Positions 12,566-25,331 of a stretch of 64,000 nucleotides of DNA are shown here, in pieces (position 1 is the stretch's first letter; each line of letters starts with the position of its first letter). The notes beneath the pieces are model-generated. The model was not told the DNA's origin. It did not search any database and was given only the letters and a program-made list of their open reading frames with translations. Location of the stretch: positions 2,852,001-2,916,000 of the forward strand of contig NEEC01000004.1 in assembly GCA_002189035.1 (NCBI GenBank), given 5' to 3'. Position numbers and translations under genes: made by a program. The DNA is from Utricularia gibba (lineage: Eukaryota > Plantae > Magnoliophyta).

Positions 12566-14085
12566 TCTGCGCACGAGAGATCCTTCAGATGTACCATTAA
12601 TATCTTTACCGTGGAATGGTTCGAACATTACTTGTTTGCATGGATGCGTACATGTAGACGCTTGTCTGGCGAATATGGTGGTGTTGAGCATCATTCGTTT
12701 GTCGTTTGAATAAGTTAGTGCCTTGGTTCCTCCTGTAAAAGGCAATATTATCATAAAGCTGCCAATCGGATATCCTTAATATTATCTTGCCTACAGCCGA
12801 TGACAAGGCACGAAGTGTAACAATGGCGTAAAACTGCACATATAACAACGCAAACTGCACATCTACAGCCTATGCGCACAAACTGCACATATAACAGCAA
12901 GTGCAGTATCCCCTGCCGCCGGTGGATGCCTTCCTCGTGATTGATTCTCATCAGAAACGAGAGATTCTGAAGAATGGACCGGGGCCGGGCGCTCACAGTG
13001 CATGTGATGGTGAGCTCAAGCTCGATTCAAGCATATCGTTCATGGGAGCTATACATGGGTTTCCGAATCATTGCTCGGACGTTGCTTTTTTGTGGGCCTA
13101 GCAGTTGGGGTATCGGAATCAGAGGTAAGGGGCAGGATTCGTCCACAGATTGGCTATTCTTGCCAGGGGCAAGCTCTTTCGAAGGAATGTCCATGGGAGG
13201 AGATTCAGATGTCGGGACAGGCGTTGGTGGATCCATCATTTGGGAGTCAAGCAGCCTGTATCCGCCCCTAAGCCTGGTGCTTCGGAGAGGAATCCACTGC
13301 GACGTTATTTCTCTTTGATTACCTTCTTTAGGTACTTTCCTTGAGCTTCAATTCACAGTTGTACATGTCTTTGTACCTTGATATGCGATTTAAAGTAATC
13401 ATTGGAAGACTCCGTAAAAAACTAAAGCAATCATAAAATTGTGCGATATCCTTCATTTGACATGGAGGAGATTTGAAGGGCAACTCTCAGCACCTACATT
13501 TCAACTCATAATGTAATGGAAACTTCTTTGGAGAAAGTGAAAATTATTGAAAGGCTTAACTCCAATTTTTCATGAAGCTGTTTTTGAACCTCCAAATGTA
13601 GCTTGAGGGCCTCGGTTATTTGCATACCATTATAGGGAGAAAAATCAAGTTAGCCTTCAATAGATTATAATAACCACCATTGCTACGAAAGTATGCACTG
13701 AAAAATGCTGACTGCAGATGGTGCACACAAATAATCCAAGCTAATAGTTGAGGCACGTGAACAAGCAAAAAAAAAAAAAAAAAGGAAAAAAGAGAAAGAA
13801 ATACCACTTATGATGAGCCATCAATTGTACAAAGCAAATCTCCAAATTTTGCTTTTTCAGCCTCCTTCCCTAGAACATGTTTTTGATTCATAACTAGTTC
13901 TTGACTTGGGATCAAAAAAAAAAAAAAATCACATGCTTTATTGGAACATCAAGCAAGGAAGATATGATACCAACCTTCATATGAAAAATCCGGAAGGTAC
14001 TTTGTAAGACGGTACTTCTGATCACAACAATAAAATTAGTGTGGGCATGATGAAGGGCAAACACATCAAGGGGTTTCTAGCATGG

Positions 14086-17000
14086 AAAACCAAGAAGCTA
14101 GGCAATGGAATGCCAAAGTGCAGTTGGCCTTGGGGATCCTTGAAGAGAGGGTATGGGCAGCGCACTAGGTTGTATCAAGGAACCTTTGGGTAAGTCTCTT
14201 GTGCGAATCACCATATTCTTCTACATCTCCACATTTCCGATGATGTGGGGTGCCACCGATCTAAGGAAATCATTTTCCGATTGTGGTAATCTAGTAGATG
14301 CATATGTGAGATGCTGCCAAAACAAGCAAGGACAACCGTTTGGGTTCCTACGTTTCAGCTGCTTCCAAGAGAAAAAGTAGCTAAAGGCAAGAGTGAAGGA
14401 GAATGCAAAGGCTATCGAGAATATATTTGTAAGGGAGTGATAACACATATTTTTAAGTGATTGAGTGCATGGAAAATATTTATATTGTGATTTAGTCTCA
14501 ACCTTCTAATAGTTTTACTTGAGCAATGCAGTGCAGGTCGCAACACGAATCCCAAGGAGCCGAATATGCACAGTGTAGTGGCAGAAGATGAGTCCAAATG
14601 TCTTAAAAGTGGTACACACAAAATCCAAGGAGGAAAAAGGGAGATTTTGGACAAAAAGGGAGAAAAGATGAGAGAGAAGGTAGATCTCCCCTTGGAGACT
14701 CACGAACACATTTTCTGGGGAGAAGGTTTTCTGGGGAGGAAGAAGAAAGAAGACAAACAGGAACGAAGCTGAAGTTCAAGATTATTTTCTGTCTTCAAAG
14801 AATATTACTCCTAGCTAAGAGTAGCTAGTGACGTTTTTCAGTTTTTGTTGACACTTCACATTACTTGCTTGTTTGCTTTCTAGTATTTGACTGTGAAATG
14901 AGCACACTATGGGTGATGTTTTCTTTTCCACTTTCGTTTACCTTAAGCATGAGTGGCTAAGTACTTAGGGGGGTGCCTTGGGGTAAAAAGGGGAGAAAAA
15001 TGTTAATCAACCTTTAGATCTAAACACCCATGAGTCACGCTACTTCCTTAACAAACCAGGATAGATCTAGGAGAGGGAAGTAGTGAAACCCAACTTAACA
15101 ACCCTAATTAGAGGTAGACCAAAGATTAGGGGGAAAAACAAGAATCCGGGTAGACCTAGATCTTGTGAGTTAGTTGTATGATTTGTGGTTTGTGTGAGTT
15201 TGTTTAGTGATGAGCATACATCCCCTAGGAGTCCCAAGGCATCACCCATTCCATTCCAGAAACAACCGAACTCTAGAACTTATTACTTTTCTTTACTGTA
15301 TTTTGTTTAGTTCTGCTTTAGTCCTAGTTAAAACCAATTTTACCAACGTGACATTGATTCCTTGCATTGACCTTCACATAGCAAGCACCTAGCTCCTTAT
15401 GTTCGACCCTAGTCCACTATGCTCATAATTGTTTTATGCTTGAATGTGTATTAGGTTATAAATTTATTTGATAGGAAAGTTTACATTTACGACGTGTGAA
15501 TTTTTCGTTTATCAGGGAGTTTAGAAATGACAACAAATCCACTCATAATTTCAAAGGAAATCGTTGGTCTCAAGGGAAGGAATCTGCTCAACAACACAAC
15601 AACAGACTTGGATACTCTTATGTATAGATCATCCGAGGATTGGAATCACAAACACGTAGGGATGCTAAGCTTGTGAAGACAATAGTTGACCTCACTTAGA
15701 CAGTGCAACTAGGAGCATGGGTATCGAAATTTGTGCTGGGAGATTTAATGATTCAAGCTTTATACAAGGATGTGTATAAAATGCTAGTAGGTACAAGCTT
15801 CCTAGATGTGAAGGTGACACAAATTAGAGGTTTAAGAGTTTTACTCAAGTTTGTATCTGAGGAAGTTAGAGAATTGTCCATGGAAGCAGGAAAAGAGTGG
15901 TTCATTAAGCATTTTGAGTGGTAATGCAAGTGGAGTTTTATAGTTCATCCAAAGATAGATAGGCTTGGATTGATATCAAAGGAATACCTTTACAATGCTG
16001 ATCTACAAATATTTTATTGCAATTGGCCAATAATGTGGTAAGGTGATAGTATTTGATGATACTACCTCATCGAGGAGTATGATGATTGACGGAAGAATTT
16101 TGAGTAGAACCTCAAAAATAAATTGGTCAATTGCAAGTATCTTGGGTAAGGTATGGAGATGAAAAATCGATGATGTGGGTCTATGAAGCCTCTAACCATT
16201 CGATCAACCTTCTCCTATATCATAATAGTGATAGCATAATGTGCGATGGGACAATGAATGAGATATCCTCATTTTGCAGTGTAGATGGGAGAAGATGATA
16301 GTGATGGTGAATTTTTCTTAGAGATTCCTAATCTAATATCAAAAGAGGGGACAACAAAAACAACAGTTGACATTCCTTCTTTGGATAGTGCTCAACCTAT
16401 AGTGTAGCATTTAATCAGGAAAAAAATAGAGTGCAAAAATGCTCATTAATAACAAGGGCAAGGTGTGAAGGGGAGGTTGTGAGGATCCCATAGGATACTT
16501 TGGCTCCCACAAATAACTAGTGGCTTACCCATAGAAGTTAAATGTCACTGAGAAAGGAATAGTAGGAGAAGAGACCATATCTACACCTTCTTGTTCTGCT
16601 ATCGACATGGGGATTGATTCTTTTCCAAGATTAGCTTAGGCAGTTGGTGTGAGGTTATTGTAGAATAATCAAAGGGAGGTTCAACAGTATCATGTTAAAC
16701 ATCCTTCTTGTGAATATTAGAGGCATGAAAAGTCAAGAGAAGAAGAGAGCAGTCAAAGGTACTATGACTCATGAAAAATTAGATATTATAGTAATACAAG
16801 AAACGCAAATACAAGAGATCATCACTAGACCAGTAATCTCTATTTTGGGGCACAACATAATGTAGTTTCAACTTTTGAATGTCCAATAGAAGATCTAGTG
16901 GGCTACTGAGTATATGGGCATGAATAGGGTGGAGGTTGATGCTTATGCGTAGGGGTGAGGTGGCAAAAACTTTGATGCAAACTTTTATCCTTGGAGGAAA

Positions 17001-20000
17001 TATTCGAGGTGTTCAATATCAATGATTCACACTCGATGGCACAAAAAAGCGAATTTTGGGGAATGATGGGAAGCTTATTACAAAATCAAATGATGTCTTT
17101 TCTTATAATTGATGACTTCGTCACCTCAAGGGCATCAGAAAGGTGAGGCTAATCACGTCCTGAGACAAATGAACATAGAATTTTGTAAGATTTCATGGAA
17201 AAGGCAGAGATGATAGATGCATGACTAATTTATAGTATTTATAAATGTTTCTCATTGCCAAAGTTTATGCACTTCAGCGAAATGTAGCTAATCACTGTCC
17301 AGTGCTATTTAGTTTTCAATAGAAGAATGATGGACCTAAATCCTTTAGATTTCAAAATAAGTGGTTGCAAAGACCAAAATTACAGGAGATGTTGAAAGAG
17401 AAATGGTCATGTAAGTGGTCAAGTGAAACCATCTACAGGAGGCTACAACTTATGAAGGTGGAAATCAAGGAATGGAATAGATCAGAATATGGTAAATTAG
17501 AGAAACATATTAGAGTACTTGAAGGAAAAACCAAGATGCCAAAGTTGAGAGTAGAACAACAAGACCTTTCAGAACATGAGATTGGTGAATATTTGGAAGT
17601 TAAAGTAGAACTTCACAATAAAGGACAAAACTGCAAATCCCCCTTGAGATGGCTAGAACTAGAGGATGAAAACTGCAAGTTTTTTCACAGTGAATCGAAA
17701 GCTTTTAAAGTTGAACTAGGTGGAAGGCATAATGATTAATTGTAGGTGGATTACATATGTAAATAGTTTGAAAAAGGTAGCAGCAAATCAATTGAACTCT
17801 ATTTTCTCACTTTTTGATACTAAATGTGGTACAATGGATTTTAGTGGAATCAAAAGTTTAGATGAAGATCAAATGTTCTTTTTGGATACTCCAATTGATG
17901 ATGAAGAAATATTCGAAGCTATCAAAGAGTGTGGGTGGGATGAATGTCCGAGGCCGCATAGTTTCAATATAGAGTTCTTTTCAAAGTTTTGGGATATTAT
18001 TGATAGTGATATAAGAGATCATATCTTTATTCCACTTTTATCAGTTTTATATCAAAGAAACTGAATCTTACTGACTTAAGTGAATACTGGTCAATAAGTC
18101 TAGTACATCGCTTTATAAGATGATCACAAAAATTTTAGTGAGATGGTTCAAAAAGGTGATACCATGTCTCATTTCTTTGGAACAATCTGGGTTTATCCAA
18201 CGGAGACAAATAGTTGATGGGGATTTTATAGCTAATGAGATTGTAAGTGAAGCCAAGTGAAAGAAGCATAAAATGAGTCCACTAAAAATTGATTTTGAAA
18301 AAATATTTATGATTAGAGCCATGGGGTTCAATATGAAATGGTCCTTCATTCTAGACATAATGAGGTCATGGGGTTCGGTGTGAAATGGCTGACATGGATA
18401 CGAGTATGCATATCCCAGGTTACCACATTGATTTTTATCAATGGATTGGCATTTCCTCAATTTTCATCGAAATGCGGACTACAGCAAGGGGATCCTCTAT
18501 CTCCTTTCTTCTTTTTCATCATTGGAGAGGGTCTACACACCCCAATAACTAGAGCACTTGCAATATGCTGATGACACCATATTGTTTGTTGAGTAGGGAG
18601 AGCAAAATCTAAGGAATTTCTCCAACATTCTTAAATGTTTTCATCTTGTTTCAGGTTTATAGGTGAATTACCATGAGAAAAAGCTTATCAGTGTTAATGT
18701 GGGAGCTAAAGAGATGACAAGGGTAGCAACGATACTTGGTTGTATCAGAGGTTCCGCACCATTTCAATATATCGGGTTGCTAGAAGGGAAAAATATAAGA
18801 AGGGTCTCAACTTGATCCTCCCTGGTGAAAAAGTTCAAAAACAATTACAAAGGTAAAGTAGCTAATTCTTGTCTAAGGGTGGATGCTTGACATTATGTAC
18901 GGTGGTTTTAGACAACCTTTCAATATATTATTTCTCATTATGTGAAGTTCCATGATTGATATTCAAACAACTCGAAAAAATTAGAATGAAATTTTTTTGG
19001 AATGAGTCTAATACCATGAAGCAGAGGATCATATGGGGGCATGGGGACAAATCAAAAATGCATATGAGAGAGGGGGGCTGAATGTTGCAAAGTTTTAAAA
19101 CTCGAATATATCATTGCTAGTAAAGTGGTGGTGGTGACTTAAGAAGGAGGGAGAGGGGAGTGAATTATGGCAACAAGTGGTGATATCCATTTATGACCAA
19201 GGGGTGGAATCAATTGTAATTTGGGTTCCATATTGTATAATATTACATGGGGTAGGATAGCATATCTGTCAAAAAATTTTAAGGAAAGATTGGCCAAATA
19301 TTGACATTCATAGGTGGTTCAAGTACATATGAGGAGATGGATTGTAGGTCATAGTTTGGAAGAACTCTTGGGCTGATTTAGGGGGGACACTTAGAAGTCG
19401 AAATTCGGGGCTTTATGGAGTAGTGTTGTATAGACAAGCTACATTGAGTGAAGCTTGGGAATAAGAGGCAAGTGACATCATGGAACAATAGCATCATCAA
19501 GAGCTTACATCAGCAGCCTTGTGGATAGATTAAAATTTTTAGCAATGATCTGAGATTCAAGAAATGAGCGGGAAAATAATTCTCTATTGTATTAGAAGAC
19601 TGTTGAATTGAAGCAAGATTCATCTACTTTAGTGGGGAGTATTCAACCAAAAATATCAAGTAACTTCTTAGACCTCCGGTAGAACATACATCATCCTCAC
19701 CATTTTTCTTTGGGTGAGGATTTTTCTATGACTATTGATCCAAGATCGGTTACCAATGAGAGATAACTTGATGGCGAGAAATGTAGAATTGAGTGATGCT
19801 ATGTGTAGTAATTGCCATAGGTTGAAGGAAATTGGATGTCATATCGGGTTCTAATGTGGAGGTGCTTAAAGGTTATAGATTGATATATTCAATTGGCTTG
19901 AAAGCAATTATTTATCTATTCCAAATCCCTAGAATCAAAGGTTGGAGGATTGTTTGGAAGGCAATGATTGCTTCTACTCTTTGACTATAATGGAAGGCTA

Positions 20001-20150
20001 GAAATCATAATATATTTAGGGTTTTAATGTGACTACTAGTGTTGGCATTAACATGGCTACAAGAGAGAATATGACGGAAGAAAATCCTAGTTTTCTTACG
20101 GCTGTAGTTTGCCCTTTTTTTAATGAATTGAAGTTTGCTTAAAAGAAAAC
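14086..20150 (+). mobile_element. Near full-length decayed L1-type LINE (~5.0 kb without the nested LTR)
   Basis: ORF1 RRM (FFYISTFP..W...DL..SF...G.LVDAYV...PFGFLRF, 14210-14380). Endonuclease start (NIRG..EKKRAVK..IQET, ~16715-16805). RT motifs (KIDFEK, GLQQGDPLSPF, YADDT, 18280-18580); post-RT W motif; A-rich tail 20141-20150. 11-bp TSD TTCTAGCATGG (14075-14085) / TTTTAGCATGG (20151-20161). Confidence 0.88.
14438..15514. mobile_element. Solo LTR (window family A, Gypsy-like), 1077 bp, nested in LINE ORF1
   Basis: Termini TGATAAC...TTTATCA; perfect 5-bp TSD GGGAG at 14433-14437 and 15515-15519. Confidence 0.9.
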
Positions 20151-22266
20151 TTTTAGCATGGTGCTTGCAAGTGACTCTTCATATGGTAAATAGTAAACTC
20201 TTGAACACCCATACTTCTAAGAACACTTTTAGGAGTAGTCCTTATATAACAAAAAGATCATAATTATACCAAGTTAGTACCTATTTCTAGGCGGATTCTC
20301 ATGGGGATATGCATTATAGTGATCTCACAATTCACACTCCAACAGAGAAGGCATGTATAAAATAGTTTTGGTCAAGTCTATTACCTTTTACAATTTCTTC
20401 TTTGTGAATCCCATCATTCAGTATGCTTTTAATATAGGTAATAATGTAGCCAACTACATTGATCAATCTTCCTATCCTTCGACCAAGGCACTCTTCCAAT
20501 ATGATTTCGAGATCTGAAAGGAAAGTATTAAACTCTCTAAACCCATGGGTTTGGTAAATAAATCTGCTATTTGCTTCTTTGTTTCAATGTATTCTAGTTT
20601 GATCACTCCGTGTTTGTAGGATTTTCTCACAACATGACAATCAACAACAATTTGCTTTGTCCTCTTGTGTTAGATCAAATTCCAAGTGATTTGGATTGCG
20701 GCTTTGCTATCACAAAATAATAGCACCACTTCTTTTGCATGAAATCCAAGCTTTGTTAGAAGGTAATGTAACCATTTAATTTCACAGTTCTTCATAGCCA
20801 TATTTTAGTACTCTACTTCTATGGAATACCTTGATATTGTGGATTGTTTCTTGGTTTTCCAAACAAATAGTGGTGAACCAAAGAAAATGACATACTCCGT
20901 TAAGGATTTTCATGCCAATGAACAACATGCTCAATCGAAGTCAAAATATTCCTTCAAACTTAGTTAACATCCTCTCGGGTAAAACAAACCTTTTTCTACT
21001 ATTTCCTTCAAACATTTTGCAACTTATGATGCTGTTTGCTAATGCTCTTTGCAAGTATTCTCCATAAATTGACTTAAAAGTTGTGTTGAATAAGATAAGT
21101 CCAGTTTGAAAAAACTAAGATAAGGAGACACCTAAGATAAGTTTTGTATATCGTGTAGGATTTGGTAATGTTTTACTAGAATGATTTGAAAAATTGAAAT
21201 GGCATGATAATGATGAATCTAGAGGCAATTCATCTAGAAGATTAAGATTAGTGATTACCTCTTCTACATATGCCCTTTGACTGAGAAAGAAACCCTTATC
21301 AAACCTAAGAATCTGAAGTCCCAAGTAATATTTGGCCTCTCCAAGATCTCTAATCGTAAAACACTCATCTAATGACTGTTTCACTATGTTGACTTCATCT
21401 AGGGAAGTTTCGATTAGCAACAAGTCATCAATGCAAATGAAACAACACAATCATGTCCCTATTGTTGCTATTAAAGAACAAGAAGATATCATGTCGACTT
21501 TGTTTCTATCCTAACATTGATAACTTAAAGGTGAGTTTTTCATTCCATTGCCCTGAGGCCTTTTTAAGCCTGTATAGTGACTTCATGAGCTTGCATACCT
21601 TTCCTTGTGTGGGTTATCCCTTTAGTGGATTCATGTAGATGTTTTCTTCCAAATGACCATGTAAGAATGCATTATTCACATCGACTTGGTGCAAATGCCA
21701 GTTGTAGGTAGCTGATAAAGCAAGAACCAATTTGATGCTAGTTGCTTTGTGAAAAAAAAAAATCTTTGTAATCTTTTCCTTCTTTATGAGAATATTCTTG
21801 TGCAACTTATCTTGCCTTCCTCTTAGACAAGGTACCATCAAGGATGGGTTTAATTTTTTTGTTCCATTTGTTGCCAATCAGATTGCAGTTATCTGTGGAT
21901 TGATCATGATCTATGTCCCATTGCATTCTAGTGCATCTGTTTCAAGATCCATTGTTTTACACTAACTTGGATCTTTGCTAACCTCTACAAAATTTGTTAG
22001 TTCAAGTTATGATGTTCTACATTCATTGATAGAATATATATAATCTTTCATTCAAGTTGATTGTGTTTTATGTCTTTTACTTCTTGCTACAAGCTCTTAC
22101 AAGGTAATTTTAGGAGGAGTAAAATCAAATGTATCTTGAAACTCAAAATCTGGCTCATCAACTTATAATGGTGTGAGAGCAAGTTCTCCAACCCCATTAG
22201 AGACAGATGTCTCATTCCCTGATTCTTCAAAACCATATTAAAACATTCCAGTATCTAAATCCCTTG

Positions 22267-23223
22267 GGGCGCATTTGGTTGGGGGGTTTGGTCTAAACCC
22301 AGGTTTAGTTTATTTGGGTTTAAATAACCCGATTTCATGGGTTTAAAGGGTATAATCCGTGTTTGGTTGATGGGTTTAGATTATTTGGGTTTAAGATGAA
22401 TACACTTTTGGTACGTGGGTTTAAAATTAGGTTTGTGATGATTTTCATATGAAATTACCAATATACCTTTTAGTTAATTAAAATAAATTATCATATATTT
22501 TATTTTTCTATATCAATTTATAAGTTCAATCAAGCATCGCATAACATAAATTACGGTGCTTGGTTGAAACTTTATTTTATAACATAAGTTCAATCAATTT
22601 CACAGTAATAATAGACGCGGTGCTCGTCTTTAAAACGAAAATTTATATTTTACAGCAAGCACCGGATAATAATATACGCAGTGCTCGTCTTCAAAACGAA
22701 AACTCACATTCAGCACCAAAAATGAAAATCCACAATATTAGACATACTATTATTACTTTCATCTTTATTTTTTTCTTTGTCTTTATCTTTATTTTCTTCT
22801 TCTTCTTCTTCTTCCTCTTCCTCTTCTTCTTCTTCTTCATTTTCTTCTTCTTCCTTTTCTTCTTCTTATTCTTCTTCTTCAATAGATTTGAACAGATCTG
22901 AACAAATCTATTACAGATCTGAATAAATATGCTATAGATCTGTAGGAATTTTAACTTTCAAAAAAATTGGTAAACAGATCTGTGCATCTGGTTTCTGGCA
23001 AATCTGCATTCAAATGTGGTTCACGCAAGGGCAAAAGTGGAAGCGCCGAGGTGGGTTTAGCTAAACCGACCTCCCCCCTGGGTTTAGCTAAACCCAATTC
23101 CACGGGTTCCCACCCGGTTTATGATCATAAGGTGGGTTTATTACCTGAAACCCACAAACCAAACGTGGGTTTTTGTCTAAACCCACGCCGCAACCCACCT
23201 AAACCCAGCTACCAAACGCGCCC
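22267..23223. mobile_element. PIF/Harbinger (Tourist-like) non-autonomous element, 957 bp
   Basis: TIRs GGGCGCATTTGGTT ... TACCAAACGCGCCC; 3-bp TSD TTG on both sides; Copia sequence resumes on both flanks; ~200-240 bp terminal blocks shared with 56499-60817. Confidence 0.85.
22790..22880. repeat. (TTC)n microsatellite inside the MITE
   Basis: Imperfect TTC run; it explains the poly-Phe and poly-Lys ORFs. Confidence 0.9.
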
Positions 23224-23509
23224 TTGTTGTGTTAGTTGCAGAACTATAGAATTTGTAAGGTAAAGTCCATTCATGAAAAAATAACATCTCTTAAGATAAT
23301 TATTTCCCTGGAAATCAAATCAAACACTTTGGATTCTTTCTTTCCCTTAGCATACCCAACAAAGATCCCTTTCTTTCCTATTTCATCAAATTTATCCATA
23401 TGATTCAATGGATTTGCAAAGAAACACATGCTATCAAAAGGCATGTACATGCAACATATCAAGTTTCCTTTTGAATAACACCCCATAAAAATCTCGATGA
23501 TATTTTCAA

Positions 23510-24600
23510 CATATTCTAAAAAAAATACTAATCATGCATTGTTAAATTGTTGCTAGTGCATTGTATAATAAAAAAGTCATTTTATAGTAAGCAAAAGTAC
23601 TAAAAGGGAAAACAAAAACAACCTTTGCTTGGTTTTCAAGTGCTATGGGTATTTGATGGAAATCAGAGTAGCCATCTAAACAACAATAGTGGCTTCTTCC
23701 AGCAAGTCTCTTCTCCATTTGATCTATGAAAGGAAGGGGGTAGTGGTCCTTCTTGGTAACTGTATTCAATTTACGCTAGTCGATACACATTCTCTAGCCA
23801 TTCTACACTCTTGTAGGGAGGAGTTCCCATTTGACATTGATCATGACCGTGATGCATGTTTTCTTCTAGATAATCATCATAGAGGTAACCCACTCATTAT
23901 CATAAATGGGATACATTATTCCTTTGGCCAATAATTTCAAAATCTTCTTCTTGACCACTTTAATCATGGGAGTACTTAATCTTCTTTGTGGCTGGTTAAT
24001 TAGCTTTGTTCCCTCCTCCAAATAAATGCAATGAGTACATATGAAGGGACTTATTCCTTTTATATCTATCAATGTCCATTTGATTGCTTGTCTATACTTT
24101 TAGAGCATACTCTTGAGTTTTTCCTCATATTCTAAAGTTAGTGTACTAGAGATAATAATAGGTAAAATCTCATTATCACCAAGGAACAAATATTTTGAAG
24201 TGTCTAGTCAAAATTTTTATCTCTAGTGATGAGGCATGAATAATAGAAGTAATCAACTGTTTATCAAGTATTTCTAAATTCAAAAATTTAATATTATGAA
24301 ATTCGGATTTTTTAGACAAATACATCATCAACTCTTCCATGAGGCTTAATATGTTATCGTCATTTTTTTCACCAGCAAACTTAAGGAGTGTCTAAAACAT
24401 ACATGGGTGCAACTCAAAGTCCTCCTCTCCATCGAAAATGATGCAGAGTAGTTGGTCAGCACGGTTTGCGACTACTTCTTCTTTAATCGTACTTAATGCT
24501 AGTCCGTGATTAGTGATCGGGAGAGTGGAAAAGTTTCAGCGTGTTGTTACTCTTATTCTCCTTGAATTGTGGGGACATCAAGAGGTAGCTAAACATCCAT
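23510..24600 (-). mobile_element. Athila-like Ty3/Gypsy RT remnant
   Basis: DIKGISPFICTH..QPQRRLS..VVKKKILKLL..GIMYPI and KDHYPLPFIDQM..RLAG..HYCCLDGYS.FHQIPIA match Athila-type RT. Confidence 0.85.
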
Positions 24601-24689
24601 TTCTCTACCAATATATGAATAGGAAGTTTGTTCTTTCTTTTTCATTAGAAATGTGCGCTTGATCTACGACTTTGATAATGATTTGATCA

Positions 24690-25331
24690 AGAGGTACCTA
24701 ATCACTCATGATTGATAATGATGGATTTGATTAATTAAAAGTTAATTAATAAATCCATTATTATGACTTTGATTGAAAAAGCCTATAGGGTCACACACAA
24801 TAGTGGAGTTACTCATCGATATAAAATAGAATGACACAATTAAATGAGATGTAATTGGTAAAGTGGATAAATTAAATAGAGAGTTATTTTGAAATTAATA
24901 TTTATTAAACTCAAAATAAAGGATCTGATATAGATAAAATTTGGAACATATATATATCTCTACAAGATAAGATCTTTATAGAGATTTGATTTGATTTGAT
25001 AAGATCTTATATAGATAAGATCTACAGATCTACACACATCTTCGTTCTCTTTGAGATTGATCTGCAAGAGGGCGATTTTCTCTACTAGCACCTGAGGGGA
25101 TTGACCAGCATTCTGCTACCTTGAGAAGGTTATCAATGGAGTGCTTCATGTGTGGATACCATAGAGGTTGTCTGCTATTGGTGGTTGGTGAATAACAGAG
25201 TGCTCTGAAAGGTATTCGTAGTATCTCTTTATCTCACGTATACCGTATTCTAAAATCTGTGTTTGGGATTTCTCAAAAAATTTTAAATTATGCTGCACTG
25301 AGGACATAGGATGTCCACGAGAAACCAAACA
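24690..25331 (+). mobile_element. 3' part of an LTR (window family C, Copia Angela-like)
   Basis: Reverse-complement homology to 57182-57830; ends GAGAAACCAAACA. Confidence 0.75.

Larger units (their letters stand above)
12993..20240 (-). pseudogene. PHL7: MYB-CC (PHR1/PHL family, PHL7-like) transcription factor pseudogene, exons 2-6, interrupted by a LINE
   Basis: Exon 20240-20165 (TTPKSVLRSMGVQEFTIYHMKSHLQ); 14017-13975 (KYRLTKYLPDFSYE); 13869-13812 (GKEAEKAKFGDLLCTIDGSS); 13629-13560 (GMQITEALKLHLEVQKQLHEKLE); 13376-~12993 (VQRHVQL*IEAQGKYLKKVIKEK*RRSG...DPPTPVPTSESP...SVDES). In-frame stops, frameshifts and four broken splice sites. Exon 1 not found. Confidence 0.9.
20400..23500 (-). mobile_element. 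Decayed Ty1/Copia pol fragment (integrase end, RT, RNase H), split by a MITE
   Basis: GIFVGYAKGKKESKVFDL..REIIILRDVIF (23271-23400); SIKLVLALSATYNWHLHQVDVNNAFLHGHLEENIYM (21620-21740); CFICIDDLL and DLGEAKYYLGLQI (21320-21450); RNase H tail ~20520-20830. Confidence 0.85.

Noticed and set aside
12284-12754. 156-aa antisense ORF over the CWC25 3' end
   Set aside because: No homology cue; explained as an antisense shadow plus UTR.
22560-22901. Poly-Phe and poly-Lys ORFs
   Set aside because: Translation of the (TTC)n microsatellite.
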